A DNA stretch of 64,000 bases, from the NCBI GenBank assembly GCA_030431455.1, contig JAUIJE010000002.1, positions 129,294 through 193,293 of the forward strand, written 5' to 3'. Each line of letters opens with the position of its first letter. Position 1 is the stretch's first letter. This DNA comes from a bacterium. GTDB lineage: Bacteria > Myxococcota > UBA727 > JAUIJE01. The notes under the pieces were generated by a model. It saw only the letters and a program-made list of their open reading frames with translations, ran no database searches and was not told the origin of the DNA. The position numbers and the translations under genes were made by a program. Below, piece after piece: positions 38,672 to 49,000 of the stretch.

Positions 38672-38944
38672 ATGTGCCGCAACATCAAGACCCTGTTCAA
38701 CTTTGATCCCCCCGCCACCGACGACGAAATCATGGCCGCGTCGCTGCAGTTTGTGCGCAAGCTGAGCGGCAGCACCAAGCCGTCGCAGGTCAACGAAGAG
38801 CCGTTCAACCAGGCGGTGCAGGAGGTGTTCGTCGCCGCCCGCCGCCTGATCGATTCGCTCGAGACCAAAGCCGCGCCCAAGAACCGCGACGTCGAGGCCG
38901 AGAAGGCCAAGGAGCGCTCGCGCAAACGGTTCGGGACCGCCTAG
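38672..38944 (+). CDS. DUF2277-family small protein.
   Basis: Starts MCRNIKTLFNFDPPATDDEI, the characteristic N-terminus of DUF2277. 90 aa. Confidence 0.65.
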   Translation: MCRNIKTLFNFDPPATDDEIMAASLQFVRKLSGSTKPSQVNEEPFNQAVQEVFVAARRLIDSLETKAAPKNRDVEAEKAKERSRKRFGTA

Positions 38945-38968
38945 TCGCCCGCCCCCGCCCGCTTGGCA

Positions 38969-39406
38969 CTATTCGGTGCAGGGCGCGCCGCCCAGGGCGG
39001 CGGCGCAATCGGTGGGCGCCGCATCGCAAAAGTGTTGCCGGCAGCTCAGGTTGTCGCCCATTTCGCTGCCCTCGGCCCCGGGGGCCAACGCGTCGGCCTC
39101 GGTGAGACACGCGGCCCGGCTCTCGAGCTCATCTTCGCCCCACTTGGCGTGGTAGTCGTCGTGGCACGACAGGAACACACAGTTGCAGTAGGCGGTGGCC
39201 TCGTCGCTCACGCCCCCGTCGAGGGTGACTTCGCCCGCGTCCCCGTGCCCGTGTTCGCCGGCGTCTCCGTCGTGGTGGTGTTCGCCCGCGTCCCCGTGCT
39301 CGTGCTCGTGTTCGCCCGCGTCCGCGGGGGTCTCGCCGTCGCACGCGGGGCCGAGCAGAAGTGCGGCCGCCCACAATGTCACCGCCATCGTACGGTTCAA
39401 AAACAT
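38969..39406 (-). CDS. His-rich lipoprotein with GDAGEH(x)H metal-binding-like repeats and a Cys-containing C-terminal domain.
   Basis: Signal MAVTLWAAALLLGPAC. ETPADAGEHEHEHGDAGEHHHDGDAGEHGHGDAGE, then 7 Cys. Confidence 0.5.
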   Translation of the reverse strand: MFLNRTMAVTLWAAALLLGPACDGETPADAGEHEHEHGDAGEHHHDGDAGEHGHGDAGEVTLDGGVSDEATAYCNCVFLSCHDDYHAKWGEDELESRAACLTEADALAPGAEGSEMGDNLSCRQHFCDAAPTDCAAALGGAPCTE

Positions 39407-40358
39407 GACCCCTCCAGGGTCGTGCCCGGCTCACCCTCGTAGCCGTGGCACTTGGCATATTTGCGCAGGAAGAAGAGCCAATCGGAATAGCCCTCGTCCC
39501 CTTCCAAATCGTGAAACTTGCTGCCCCCGCCGTGTTCGATCCCGCCCAGACTTTCGTCCAGGGGCTTGAGCAGCATCAGGCTCTGCAGCGGACAGGTCTC
39601 GTCGATGTAGCCCGCCGCCACAATGTTGTTGTACGTGGTCTCGGCCGCGCCCTCGGCGTAGGCGTAGACCATCCACGGCGGGGGCTCGCCCACGGTGGAC
39701 AGGGGCGCGCCCTCGACGTGGCAGAGGTCGCAGCGGCCGTGCCAGCGCCAGATGCGGGTCTCGAAGGTGTGGACCAGGTCGGGCCCCGAGCACTCTTCAA
39801 ACTTGAACGCCGGGGGCATCCCCCCCCATCCCCCCCGGCGCCGGCGTCGTCACCGATCCCCGCGTCGGGCAGGGTCCCATCCACCGGGGCGCAGTCGCTT
39901 TGTACATCGCCGCAAGCGGTGCTGTGACATTGGGCCGCGAACTCGATCCAGGCCAAAAAGCCGTCGTACTCCTTTTGCACGCTTTGGGCGGTGATGCCCC
40001 GGTAGGGCGGCGCGTCGAAGCCGCGGGCGATGAGCTCGAGCACCTTGCTCTGTTCGGGGGCATCGAAGCGCACCATGTCACTGGCTTCGAGACAGGCCAT
40101 GGTCGCGCAGGGCGTCTCCCGCACAAACGCCGAGAGGTCGAGGCCGGAAAGGTGACAAGCGTTGCAGGACTGGACGTGGTCGCTCTCGATCAGCGGCTTG
40201 ATGCGCGTCTCGTAGAGCCCGTCGCCGGTGGCGGCGGCGCAGGCCGCGCCCGCGTCGGGTGCAGGTCCGGCGTCGGGCGGGCCCTCGCCCGCGCCGCCTG
40301 TGCAGCCGCCGCACACCCACAAGATCGCGCATGCCGCTGCGCCCCACCGTGCCATCAC
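39397..40358 (-). pseudogene. Di-heme c-type cytochrome-like lipoprotein interrupted by a frameshift in a poly-C/G tract (39821-39836). This could be a sequencing error or a phase-variable site.
   Basis: The upstream frame gives lipobox MMARWGAAACAILWVCGGC and QSCNACHLSG (CxxCH). It runs into junk after GDDAGAGG exactly at ccccccccatccccccc. The downstream frame, starting MPPAFKFEE, has CDLCHVEG (second CxxCH) and KCHGY. Removing 1 nt from the C-run fuses the two frames. Confidence 0.55.
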
Positions 40359-40409
40359 GGAGAGTATACGCCCGGGGCCGCGGCTCGGTTCGCCGGTGGG
40401 GGCCGGGGC

Positions 40410-42297
40410 TCAGGCCGCTTTTTCTTCGGGGTGGCCACCGGCGGCGCCCACCCGGGGCAAGACGATGGTGAAGGTGGTGCCTTCGCCGGGGCGGGAGTCC
40501 ACGCGCAGTTCGCCGTGGTGTTGGTCAACGACGATGGACCGGGCGATGGCCAGGCCCTGGCCGGTGCCGCGCCCCACCTCTTTGGTGGTGAAAAAGGGGT
40601 CAAAGATCTTTTGTCGGATCGCGTCCGGGATGCCGCACCCGGTGTCGGCGATGGCGATTTCGCACGCGTCGTCCCGGGTCCGGGTGGTCACGGTGATGGT
40701 GCCGCGCGTCGGGGCCGGGTCGTCGGGCGCGCGGGCGTCGGCGATGGCGTGGCCGGCGTTGACCACGATGTTGACGAACACCTGGTTGAGCTCGCTCGGC
40801 AGCCCGGGCACTTTGGGCAGGTCGGGGTCGAGGTGCAGCGCGAGGTCGGCGACGTATTTCCACGCGCTGCGCGAGATCGTGAGGGTGTTTTCCAGGGCCG
40901 CGTTGAGGTCGACGAGGGTGCGCTCTTCGCTGCCGGGATGTGAGAACGCCTTCATCGCGGACACGATTTTGGCCACCGCCGCGACCCCGGCGACGTTGGC
41001 GTCGATCGCCTTGGGCAGGCGCTGCTTGAGGGCCGGGATCTTGAGCCGGCGCGCGGCCTCGGCGGCCCGGGCCACCGCGTCGGGGGGCGCGCTCTCGTCG
41101 AGGATGGCTTCATAGGTGCGCAACGCGTCGAGGATTTTGCCCAAGCCCTTGGCCATGAAGTTGGTGTTGTTGCTGATGTACTGCATCGGGGTGTTGATTT
41201 TCGTGGGCGATGCCGGCCGCGAGTTGGCCCACCGACTCGAGCTTTTGGCCTTGCAGCCGGTCTTGTTCGAGCCGGAGACGGGTCTGTTCTTGTTGCAGCC
41301 GCTCGGTGACGTCCTCGAACAACACCAACGCAAACGCCACGGCCCCGTCGGCGTCGAAGATCGGCGCGGCGGTGGCGTGGATGGGCACGGGCCCCGCAGG
41401 ACCGATGACGTCGATGTCGTCGGCGAACTTGGTCTCGCCGCGCAGCGCGTAGGCGAGCGGGAGCTCCTCGGGCGGGTAAGGCACGCCGGGCTGCCCCCGC
41501 CGGTGCGCGTGGTATTCTTGGTCCGGGCCGCGCCACCCGTTTTCGATGGTGGGCGAGCCGGCCATGATGCGGCGCGCCTCGTCGTTGGCAAAAAAGGGCG
41601 ATCCGGTCGCGTCGACGACGAAGACCCCCGCGGGCATCTGCGCCAAGAACTGCCGCAGCTCGGTGGTGCGGTTGTCGGCCAGCTTGTGGCTCGCTTCGAG
41701 GGCGGCCTTTTGGGCGGCCAGGGTGTCGAACAGGACGACGATGCGGGAGGCCACCGTCGCGCACGCCAGGCCGCACAAGAGCACGGCGAACACGTGGCCG
41801 GACATGGTGGCGAGGTGTTCGCGGCCATGCACGACGAGGTGGGCCACCAACAGGGCGAGGGCATAGCCGACGCCCACCACCGCGCCGACCCAGAAGCGGC
41901 GGCAGCGCATCGACAACATCAGCGGCTGGCCGATGGCGTAGAGCAGGGCCCAGAGCCACCAATGTTCGAACACCCCGGCGGTGGCGACGTAGGTGTACCC
42001 GCAGGTGGGGATGGCGACGGCGGCGCGGATGAGCTCGGCTTTTTGGGGGTGCCAGCGCCGGCTCAGGGCGCTGAGCGGCAGGTTGAACACCGGCATGAAG
42101 GCGAACAACAAGACGGTCTCGAGCGTGGTGTCGCCGCGCAGCCAAAACCACACCGCGAACCCGGTGGCCAACATGCTCAAGCTGCCGAACACAAGGTCGG
42201 CAGCGTCGAGCGTGGCCGCGGCGAGCCGGTCACCTTCGCGGTTTTTCCTGACCTCGGCCGCCCCGGTTGTGGATGCGACCGAGTCGTCGAGCAGCAT
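40410..42297 (-). pseudogene. Membrane PAS-domain sensor histidine kinase, interrupted by a single-base frameshift inside its H-box (homopolymer at about 41183-41186).
   Basis: Frame A (41110-42297) reads TM helices, PAS, ...ESVGQLAAGIAHENQHP then junk. Frame B (40410-41864) continues ...INTPMQYISNNTNFMAKG... N-box NIVVNAGHAI, DTGCGIP, GRGTGQGL. The DNA reads cacgaaaatcaacacc where GIAHEINTP needs cacgaaatcaacacc, so there is one extra A. Confidence 0.6.
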
Positions 42298-42351
42298 GCG
42301 GGCCTCCGCTTGCCCATCGGCACGGAGGCACGCCCTGTGAAGAGATCCGTG

Positions 42352-42840
42352 TCAGCCCAACAGGCGGTAGTTGGGGACCTTCTGCACCACCAGGCGGTCC
42401 ATGATCGCCTGGATGTCTTTGTGGGGCTTGAGCAGCTTGCGCGTCCTGCGGCAGAGCCAGCCCCCGTCGAGCACGATGAGCGCGGCGCGTTTGCCTTTTT
42501 GGTTCTTCACCTCGTGGAACACGCGCCAGCGCATGCCGTCGTCGGAAAAACCTTCGGCCTTGAAGTTGATGGTGATGGTGTCGCGGTGGAGCACCTCGCG
42601 CAGGAAACGGATCTCCTCGCGGAAGATCACCGGGCCGAAATGCTCCTCGTCGAAGCGGGACAGATCAAACCCCTCGTGCTCGAGGTAGGTGAGCCGCACG
42701 TGGGTCGCGTAGTCGGTGTACGCCGAGTGGCGCAGGTGCTGGTTGGGGTCACAATCGGCCCACCGCACCTCAAAGGACTTCTCGAACAGCTTCGTCTCGG
42801 GCTCACGCATCGTCATCTCGTCATTTCGCACTGCAACCAT
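42352..42840 (-). CDS. Hotdog-fold acyl-CoA thioesterase (4HBT/YbgC-like).
   Basis: 162 aa. FEVRWADCDPNQHLRHSAYTDY matches the 4HBT-type N-terminal motif (conserved Asp plus H). Size and pattern are typical. Confidence 0.65.
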   Translation of the reverse strand: MVAVRNDEMTMREPETKLFEKSFEVRWADCDPNQHLRHSAYTDYATHVRLTYLEHEGFDLSRFDEEHFGPVIFREEIRFLREVLHRDTITINFKAEGFSDDGMRWRVFHEVKNQKGKRAALIVLDGGWLCRRTRKLLKPHKDIQAIMDRLVVQKVPNYRLLG

Positions 42841-43087
42841 GTCGGTCTCCTCGGGGCGTAGACCGGGTATCGCGCCTCAGCGTGGTGCGGGTCAAGGCCA
42901 ATTCCACGACGAGAAACAGTGACATTCTGGTCATGTGCGTCACCGGTTACACGGCACGCGGGGCACGGCCCGACAGGCTCGTCCGCGGTGCGCAACCTTT
43001 TGCGCGTGTCCCGGTGGTGCCGGGGCCGGCGCCGACTTTTTTTCCCGAGCTTGCTAGGCTCATCGCGTTCGCCCGAAGGAGATCTGC

Positions 43088-43927
43088 GTGTCGCGATTGC
43101 CCACCGTGCTGTTGTCTCTGCTCCTGCTCCCCGCCGCGGCCTGCCCCGGACCCGAGCCGGTCTACAACGAGGACATCGACCTCGAAGCGGTCCCGGTCCA
43201 GCCCGGCGAGCTCGCCGGGACCTGGGCGGTCAAACACGCGTTCAACACCTGGGCGGACATCCCCATCGTGGGCCGGTCCGAGGCCTGGGGCGACACCTAC
43301 CTGCTCATGGAGCGCACCTACGACGAACAAAGCGGCAGCTATGCCCAAACGCTCAAGCCGTGCTGGGGTTCGCTCGCCTCGGAGAACAACGTCTCGTACA
43401 TCCCCGACGACGGCTGGTTGAGTGTGCCCGCCCAAGCCCCGCGTGGGCTCGAGGCCCGGGACGACGATGGCTTCTATTCGGTGGACGCGCACCTCGAGCT
43501 CTGGGGCCTCGAGGGCCTCGACGACCCCTACGACGACCCCATCCCCGTCGACGAGAACGAGGCGGACGAGGCCCGCTTCGCGGACATGATCGTGGACATG
43601 GACGACGACGGCAAGGAAGGCATGACCTTGGTCGTCGAGGAAGGCTTCTACTCGGGGGAGCTCTATTTTGTGCAACGCAAGAAGCTCGACCTCGAGGGGG
43701 TGATGCAGGGACCGGACAAGGTCGTCGGGTTGCTCACCCCGTCGTTCGAGTCGTGCACCATCTCCCTCGAGACCGGGGGGCCCATCGTGCAAGGCAAGCC
43801 GCAGCACCCGCACGAAGACCCCAAGGCCAACTGGTTCGAGGAGGTCCGCTTGCCCGACGGCGCCGACTGCACCGACGTCATCGCGGCCAAAGACGACGAG
43901 CTCTTGTCGAAGTTTACGCCGTTTTAG
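43088..43927 (+). CDS. Hypothetical acidic lipoprotein.
   Basis: GTG start preceded by AAGGAG. MSRLPTVLLSLLLLPAAACPG is a lipobox. Asp/Glu-rich. Confidence 0.5.
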   Translation: MSRLPTVLLSLLLLPAAACPGPEPVYNEDIDLEAVPVQPGELAGTWAVKHAFNTWADIPIVGRSEAWGDTYLLMERTYDEQSGSYAQTLKPCWGSLASENNVSYIPDDGWLSVPAQAPRGLEARDDDGFYSVDAHLELWGLEGLDDPYDDPIPVDENEADEARFADMIVDMDDDGKEGMTLVVEEGFYSGELYFVQRKKLDLEGVMQGPDKVVGLLTPSFESCTISLETGGPIVQGKPQHPHEDPKANWFEEVRLPDGADCTDVIAAKDDELLSKFTPF

Positions 43928-44867
43928 CCGCGGTTCCTGGGCCACTGACTTTGGCGCGCAGGGCTTGCCACAAATACGCATAGGCGCGCGACACCGGGCT
44001 CTCTGGCTGCCCGCGTACGGTCGCGGCCAAGGCCCACACCCGCTCCGCCCGCGGGTCATGGGCGTCGACGTGCGCGAGCAACGCCGCGTCGTCCCGCGCC
44101 GCGTCGTAGGTCCCGCCGCTCGCCTCGGCAAAAAGCCGCGACACCCGCGTGGCCAGCGCGCGGGCCGCGTCGTCATCGGGCGCGACGCCTTTTTGGGCCA
44201 AGCCGAGCGCGTCGTCCATGAGCGCGCGCTGCGCGTCTTGCCATGATGGCAGGTCGAACCGTTCGAGCCCGGCCCAGAACGGCCGGGCCCGTTCGGCCAG
44301 TTGTTCCACAAAGCCCGCGTCGGTGACGATCTCGGTCAGCTCCAGCAACGCCTCCCATTGACCGTCGTCCAATGTATCTGGAAACTCTGACAAGAGCGCG
44401 TGCAAGATGCGGTCGAGCCAGTCGGGGTCGACGACGTCCTCGAGCCCGGCGCGCATCCGGTGCGCGAGCAGGCGCTCCTTTTCGAGGGCGTCGAGCTTGG
44501 TCAACGCCTCGAGCCGCGCGAGGGTGGCCAAGGGGTCGCGGTCCTGGGCCAACGCGGCATCGAGCGCAGACTTTTGCCTCTGCAGTTGGCGCAGCTCGAC
44601 ATCGAGCGCGGCTTGGCGCAGGCGGAGCACGTCGTGGCCGGTTTGTTCACCGTCGAGCAGGGCGCGGATGTGTTCGAGGTCGACGCCAAAGCCGCGCAAC
44701 GCGCGAATGGTGAGCAGCTTGGCCCGGTCGTCTTCGGAGTATTTGCGGTAGCCGCTCTCGGCCACGTGGCTCGGCGGCAGCAGCCCTTGGTCCGAATAGA
44801 ACCGAATGGTCTGCACCGAGACCCCGCTTCGTTTGGCCAGGGCCCCGATGCCCATCAGCGCGCCCAT
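43914..44867 (-). CDS. MerR-family transcriptional regulator with a long C-terminal effector domain.
   Basis: N-terminal HTH MGIGALAKRSGVSVQTIRFYSDQGLL...YRKYSEDD is canonical MerR. A coiled-coil dimerisation helix follows. It is divergent from a promoter with a 19-bp spacer. Confidence 0.8.
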   Translation of the reverse strand: MGALMGIGALAKRSGVSVQTIRFYSDQGLLPPSHVAESGYRKYSEDDRAKLLTIRALRGFGVDLEHIRALLDGEQTGHDVLRLRQAALDVELRQLQRQKSALDAALAQDRDPLATLARLEALTKLDALEKERLLAHRMRAGLEDVVDPDWLDRILHALLSEFPDTLDDGQWEALLELTEIVTDAGFVEQLAERARPFWAGLERFDLPSWQDAQRALMDDALGLAQKGVAPDDDAARALATRVSRLFAEASGGTYDAARDDAALLAHVDAHDPRAERVWALAATVRGQPESPVSRAYAYLWQALRAKVSGPGTAAKTA

Positions 44868-44918
44868 GCTGTCTCCCGTTTGTGCCCCGTGGCGCGGGGA
44901 GCCCGCCGTGCGTTTCGG

Positions 44919-44949
44919 TTGACTCTATAGTTACTAGAGACTTTATCAT
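44919..44949 (+). promoter_or_regulatory. MerR-type promoter: TTGACT, a 19-bp spacer containing the imperfect dyad GACTCTA-N7-TAGAGAC, then TATCAT.
   Basis: Read directly: ttgactctatagttactagagactttatcat. The 19-bp spacing is the signature of MerR-activated promoters. The -10 overlaps the first ATG of the downstream gene, so that gene is likely leaderless and starts at ATG 44957. Confidence 0.5.
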
Positions 44950-45667
44950 GTCGTTCATGCACCGGACAAGCCCCCCGGACGGCGCCGCCTGGGCCGCCCA
45001 CATCCGCGAACACGGCTACTTGCTCGTGCCCGCCCTGCTCGATGCCGCCACCCTGGCCGCGGGCCGGGCCGCGTTTGGCGAGGCCTCGTTCGCCGACCGG
45101 TCCCTCGCCGACCTGCGCGGCCAGGGTCCGTTCGAGGACTGGGCCGCCCTGCCCCCGGTGCGCGCGTGTCTGCAGGACCTGCTCGGGCCCCACCGGTTGA
45201 GCGCGCTGCGGGGCCGAAGCCCGCGCCGGGGACACGGCCAACAGGGCCTGCACATCGATGACGCGATGGCCGCGCCCCACGGCCGCTATTCCCTGATCAA
45301 CGTGTTCTTCCTGCTCGATGATGTGGACGCGGACAACGGCGGCACCCGCATCGTGCCCGGCACCCATCGACTCCACCGCGCGCCGCCCAAGGACATGGCC
45401 CAGCCGCACTCGCGCCACAAGCATGAAATCGTGCCAAGCGCGCCCGCGGGCTCGCTGTTGCTGTTCTCGTCGCACACCTGGCACAGCGGCACCACCAACC
45501 ATTCCGGTCGCGCGCGCCGCATCGTGATCAGTCAGTTTGTGCATGACCCAGGCCCCACAAGGAGAAAGAAGAATGACTCAGCCGATGAAAGAACCGCCCA
45601 CCCTCGGCCACCACAAAGGGTTCGAGGTCTACCCCATGCCGATGTTCGCGCGGCTGTCGTGCCGTGA
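44948..45667 (+). CDS. Phytanoyl-CoA dioxygenase (PhyH)-family Fe(II)/2-oxoglutarate oxygenase.
   Basis: HIDDAMAAPHGRYSLINVFFLLDDVDADNGGTRIVPGTH is an HxD...H facial-triad pattern. Start 44948 or 44957. The C-terminal tail overlaps the next gene by about 95 nt, so the 3' end is uncertain. Confidence 0.6.
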   Translation: MSFMHRTSPPDGAAWAAHIREHGYLLVPALLDAATLAAGRAAFGEASFADRSLADLRGQGPFEDWAALPPVRACLQDLLGPHRLSALRGRSPRRGHGQQGLHIDDAMAAPHGRYSLINVFFLLDDVDADNGGTRIVPGTHRLHRAPPKDMAQPHSRHKHEIVPSAPAGSLLLFSSHTWHSGTTNHSGRARRIVISQFVHDPGPTRRKKNDSADERTAHPRPPQRVRGLPHADVRAAVVP

Positions 45668-46052
45668 CATTGCCACTTCCGCGGCCTGGTACGACGAGGC
45701 TTTGGGCTTCGCCACCATGTTCGCGTCCCCCGACGGGCGGATGGCGCACCTGCGCGGGCGCAAGTACCAGGACCTGATGCTCGTGCCCGCGGGCGAGGCC
45801 GACCCGAGCCCAGCGATGATGTTGTCGTTCGATGTCGACCCGGACCTGCACGCTCTGCACAAAAAGGCCAAAGCCGCGGCGACGGTGGGCCGGTCCCATG
45901 TGGCCGACCTCGCGTCCACCCCGTGGGGCACGCTGGAGATGACCGTCACCGATCCCGACGGACACACGTTTGTCTTCACCCAGCGGGATAAAAACCCCGA
46001 GGTCACCGCGCGCATGCGGGAGCAGTTCGCGAAAGACCGCGGTGAACGCTAA
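45573..46052 (+). CDS. Glyoxalase/bleomycin-resistance/VOC-family protein.
   Basis: RBS AAGGAGAAAGAAG. 159 aa with an approximately 2x beta-alpha-beta-beta-beta pattern. MFARLSCRDIATSAAWY is a typical first strand. Confidence 0.65.
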   Translation: MTQPMKEPPTLGHHKGFEVYPMPMFARLSCRDIATSAAWYDEALGFATMFASPDGRMAHLRGRKYQDLMLVPAGEADPSPAMMLSFDVDPDLHALHKKAKAAATVGRSHVADLASTPWGTLEMTVTDPDGHTFVFTQRDKNPEVTARMREQFAKDRGER

Positions 46053-49000
46053 GGACCCGGTCGCACCACCGCGCCCGCCGGGATGTGGGCGCCGTCGTCG
46101 ACGGTGGCGCCGGTGAGCACTTGGGCCCCGGCGCCAATCACCGCGTGCGAACCGATGGTGACGTCGTCGCCGATCTGCGCGGTCTCGTGCACGACGACGT
46201 TGTCTTTGATCACGGTGCGGGCGCCCACGCGCACGTGCGGGCAGAGCACCGAGCGAAAACCGAGCACGCTGTCCTGCCCCATCTTGCAGTCCAGTGACAC
46301 ATAGGCATTGGGCTGGACCTGGACCCCGTCGGCGAGTTCGGCGCGGCCGAGCAACAGTTTGCTCTGGCCCATGAGGTGGCCGGCCACGCTCGAGCCCGCG
46401 GCGAGCAGCACCCCGCGCCCGAGGTCGAGCAAGGCCGGGTCCAAAATCCACGCGTCGGTGGCGGTGCGCACAAAATACGACGTGCGCGCGCCGAGGGCGC
46501 GCAGCGCGAGGTAGCGCAAGAGGTTGCTGCCGAGGATGGTGCGGCGCCAGAGCGGCAGGTAGAGGATGCGCTGGGCCATGAGCCGCAGGCCCCAGGCGGT
46601 GGTGGTCTTGTGCGAGAGCGCATAGAGCCCGGGCGACACCGGGGGCAACAGCCGCACCGCGGCCCCGACGAGGAAAATCAAGACCACCAAAAAGAGCAGG
46701 TAGGCCACGGGCAATAGGGCATAGCCGATCGCGCTCGGCACCAACGCGGCCAGCCACTGCCAAGCCGAGCCCGCGGCCGCGGCCGCGCCCCCCGCGGTGA
46801 CGAAAAAGAGCACAAAGAACGCGAGGTCGGTGATCACCGCGCCCTTTTCGGGCGAGGCCGTCGCCCCCTCGTCGTTGAACAGCGGACGGTCGCCGGACAG
46901 GCGCACGACCGCGGGCGCCGCGCCGGCGTCGCCGAGGTGGGCCGCGAGCTGGCGGATGGTGGGGTGGTCCCAGGCCACGGTGATGTCGATGGGCCGGCCG
47001 ATGTGTTCTTCGAGCGCGGCCACGAACTGGACCGCGGCCACCGAGTCGAGGCCAAACGTGCTGAACACCGCGTCCGGGTCCACCTCGTCCGCGGGCCGCG
47101 ACAGGCGCTCGGCCACCCACCCGATCATAAACGGCTCGAGCCCACCCGCCGCCGGGGCCGACGCGGGCCCGACCGGGGCCGGGGCGGATGCGGGCCCTGC
47201 TGGCGCCGACGCGCGGGCCTTTTTCGGCAATGTGCGCAGGTCGGCCACGGTGGCTTGGTCGAGGTCGAACCCGGCGCTGTCGAGCCCGCGGTCTTCACAC
47301 AGTTGCGCGAGGTGAATCTCGTCAAACCCGAGAGCGGACAGCGGCTGGTCCGAGGAGATCGCCGACTGTGCATAGCCAAGCTCGGCCGCCAGCCAGGCCA
47401 AGAGCCCATCGTCGGCTTCGCGCGATTTTTCCGCCGAAGGCCCGGCCGGGCGGGGGGCGTCTCGTCGGTGGGCGATGTCGAACGCCCCCTGTTCGAACTG
47501 CTCGCGCGCGGCCAAATGGCGAATCTTGCCGCTGGTGGTGCGCGGCAAGGCCACGCGGCCGACCACCGCGAGCGCGTCGGGGGCAAAGCCACAGTCTTGC
47601 AGCAGGCGCGCCGCCACCGCGTCAAAGGCGCGCCCGGCGGTGTCCGCGTCCCACTTCGCTTCGATGAGCAGCGCGGCCCGGTCTTGGTCGTCCTCGACAA
47701 ACGAAAACGCACACACCTCGGTGAAGGGCGCGCCCTGCGCTTCGAGGGCGCGGCGCGCGCTGTGCTCGACGTCTTCGGCGGCGTGGTTTTTGCCGTGCAC
47801 GATGAGCACGTTTTTTTTGCGCCCCACGATGTAGAGCTGCCCGTCACACATCGCGCCCAGGTCTCCGGTGCGCAAATAGCCGTCGCCGTGGCCGTGCACG
47901 GTGCGGCCGAAGGTCTCCGCGCTCAGCTCCGGCTTGCCATAATAGCCGCGCGCGACGTTGGGCCCCCGGTAGTAGACCTCGCCCACGGTGCCGTCGGGCA
48001 CCGGGCGTTGCTCGTCGTCGGCCACCACCAGCACGCCCCCGGGGGCGACCAGCCCCGCCGAGACCGTGGTCCCGAGCGCCAATGCGTCTTTGCTCTTGGT
48101 GCGCGCGGTGCCGGGCGGGGCCGAGGACACAAACAGCGTGGCCTCGGCCATGCCGTAGCAGGGCAAAAACACGTCCGGCCGGAGCCCGGCGGGCGCGAAC
48201 TTCTGCACAAACTGCTCGAGGGTGTCGGCCCGCACGCGCTCGGCCCCGCAGATCGCCGATTGCCACGCGGACAGGTCGAGCTTTTGTACGTCCTCGTCGG
48301 CGATGCGGTCGACGCACAACTGGTACGCGAAGTTGGGCCCGGCGGTGACGCGGGCTTTGTATTTGGCGATCGCTTCGAGCCAGCGAAACGGCCGCCGCAA
48401 AAACTGCGTCGGGGTCATGAAATAAAACCGCGCGGGCAAGAACACCGACTGCAACACCATGCCGAGCAGGCCCATGTCATGGTAGGGCGGCAACCAGCCC
48501 GCGCCCGGCCTGGGCTCTTCCCAGTCGTCGAACGAGAAGCGGGCGCACATCATGTCCTGGTTCGCAAAGGCATTGCGGTGGGTGACCATCACCCCCTTGG
48601 GCGCGCCGGTGCTGCCCGAGGTGTATTGCAAAAACGCCACGTCATCCGGCGCCGGCGGGGGCGCCACGTAGGGCGCGCCGCTTTCGTCGAGCACCACCTT
48701 GGCCATCGCGTCGAGGGCGTGGGGAAAAGTGCCCAGCTTGGCGAGGAGCGCGGCATCGAGGCTGATGGCCCCCGCGCGCGCGTCCTGGGCGATGGAGAGC
48801 GCGGGGCTTTCCGCGTCAAGCCGGCCCCCCCGCGGGGGGTAGGCGGGCACCGGGACCTTGCCCGCGAGCAAGGTCCCGAAGAAGGCCACGATGAAGTCGA
48901 TGCCCGCTTCGTGCCAGAGCAGCACCCGCTCGGCGTCAGGGGCGGCGCGGTGCAGGGCCCCCGCGACCCGGGACGCGCGGTCGAGCAATTGGGCCAAGGT

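Noticed and set aside
38951-38970. A sigma-54-like -24/-12 element TGGCAC-N-GTGCA
   Set aside because: GG to GC spacing is 11 nt rather than 10, the -12 is not TTGC, and no plus-strand gene lies downstream.
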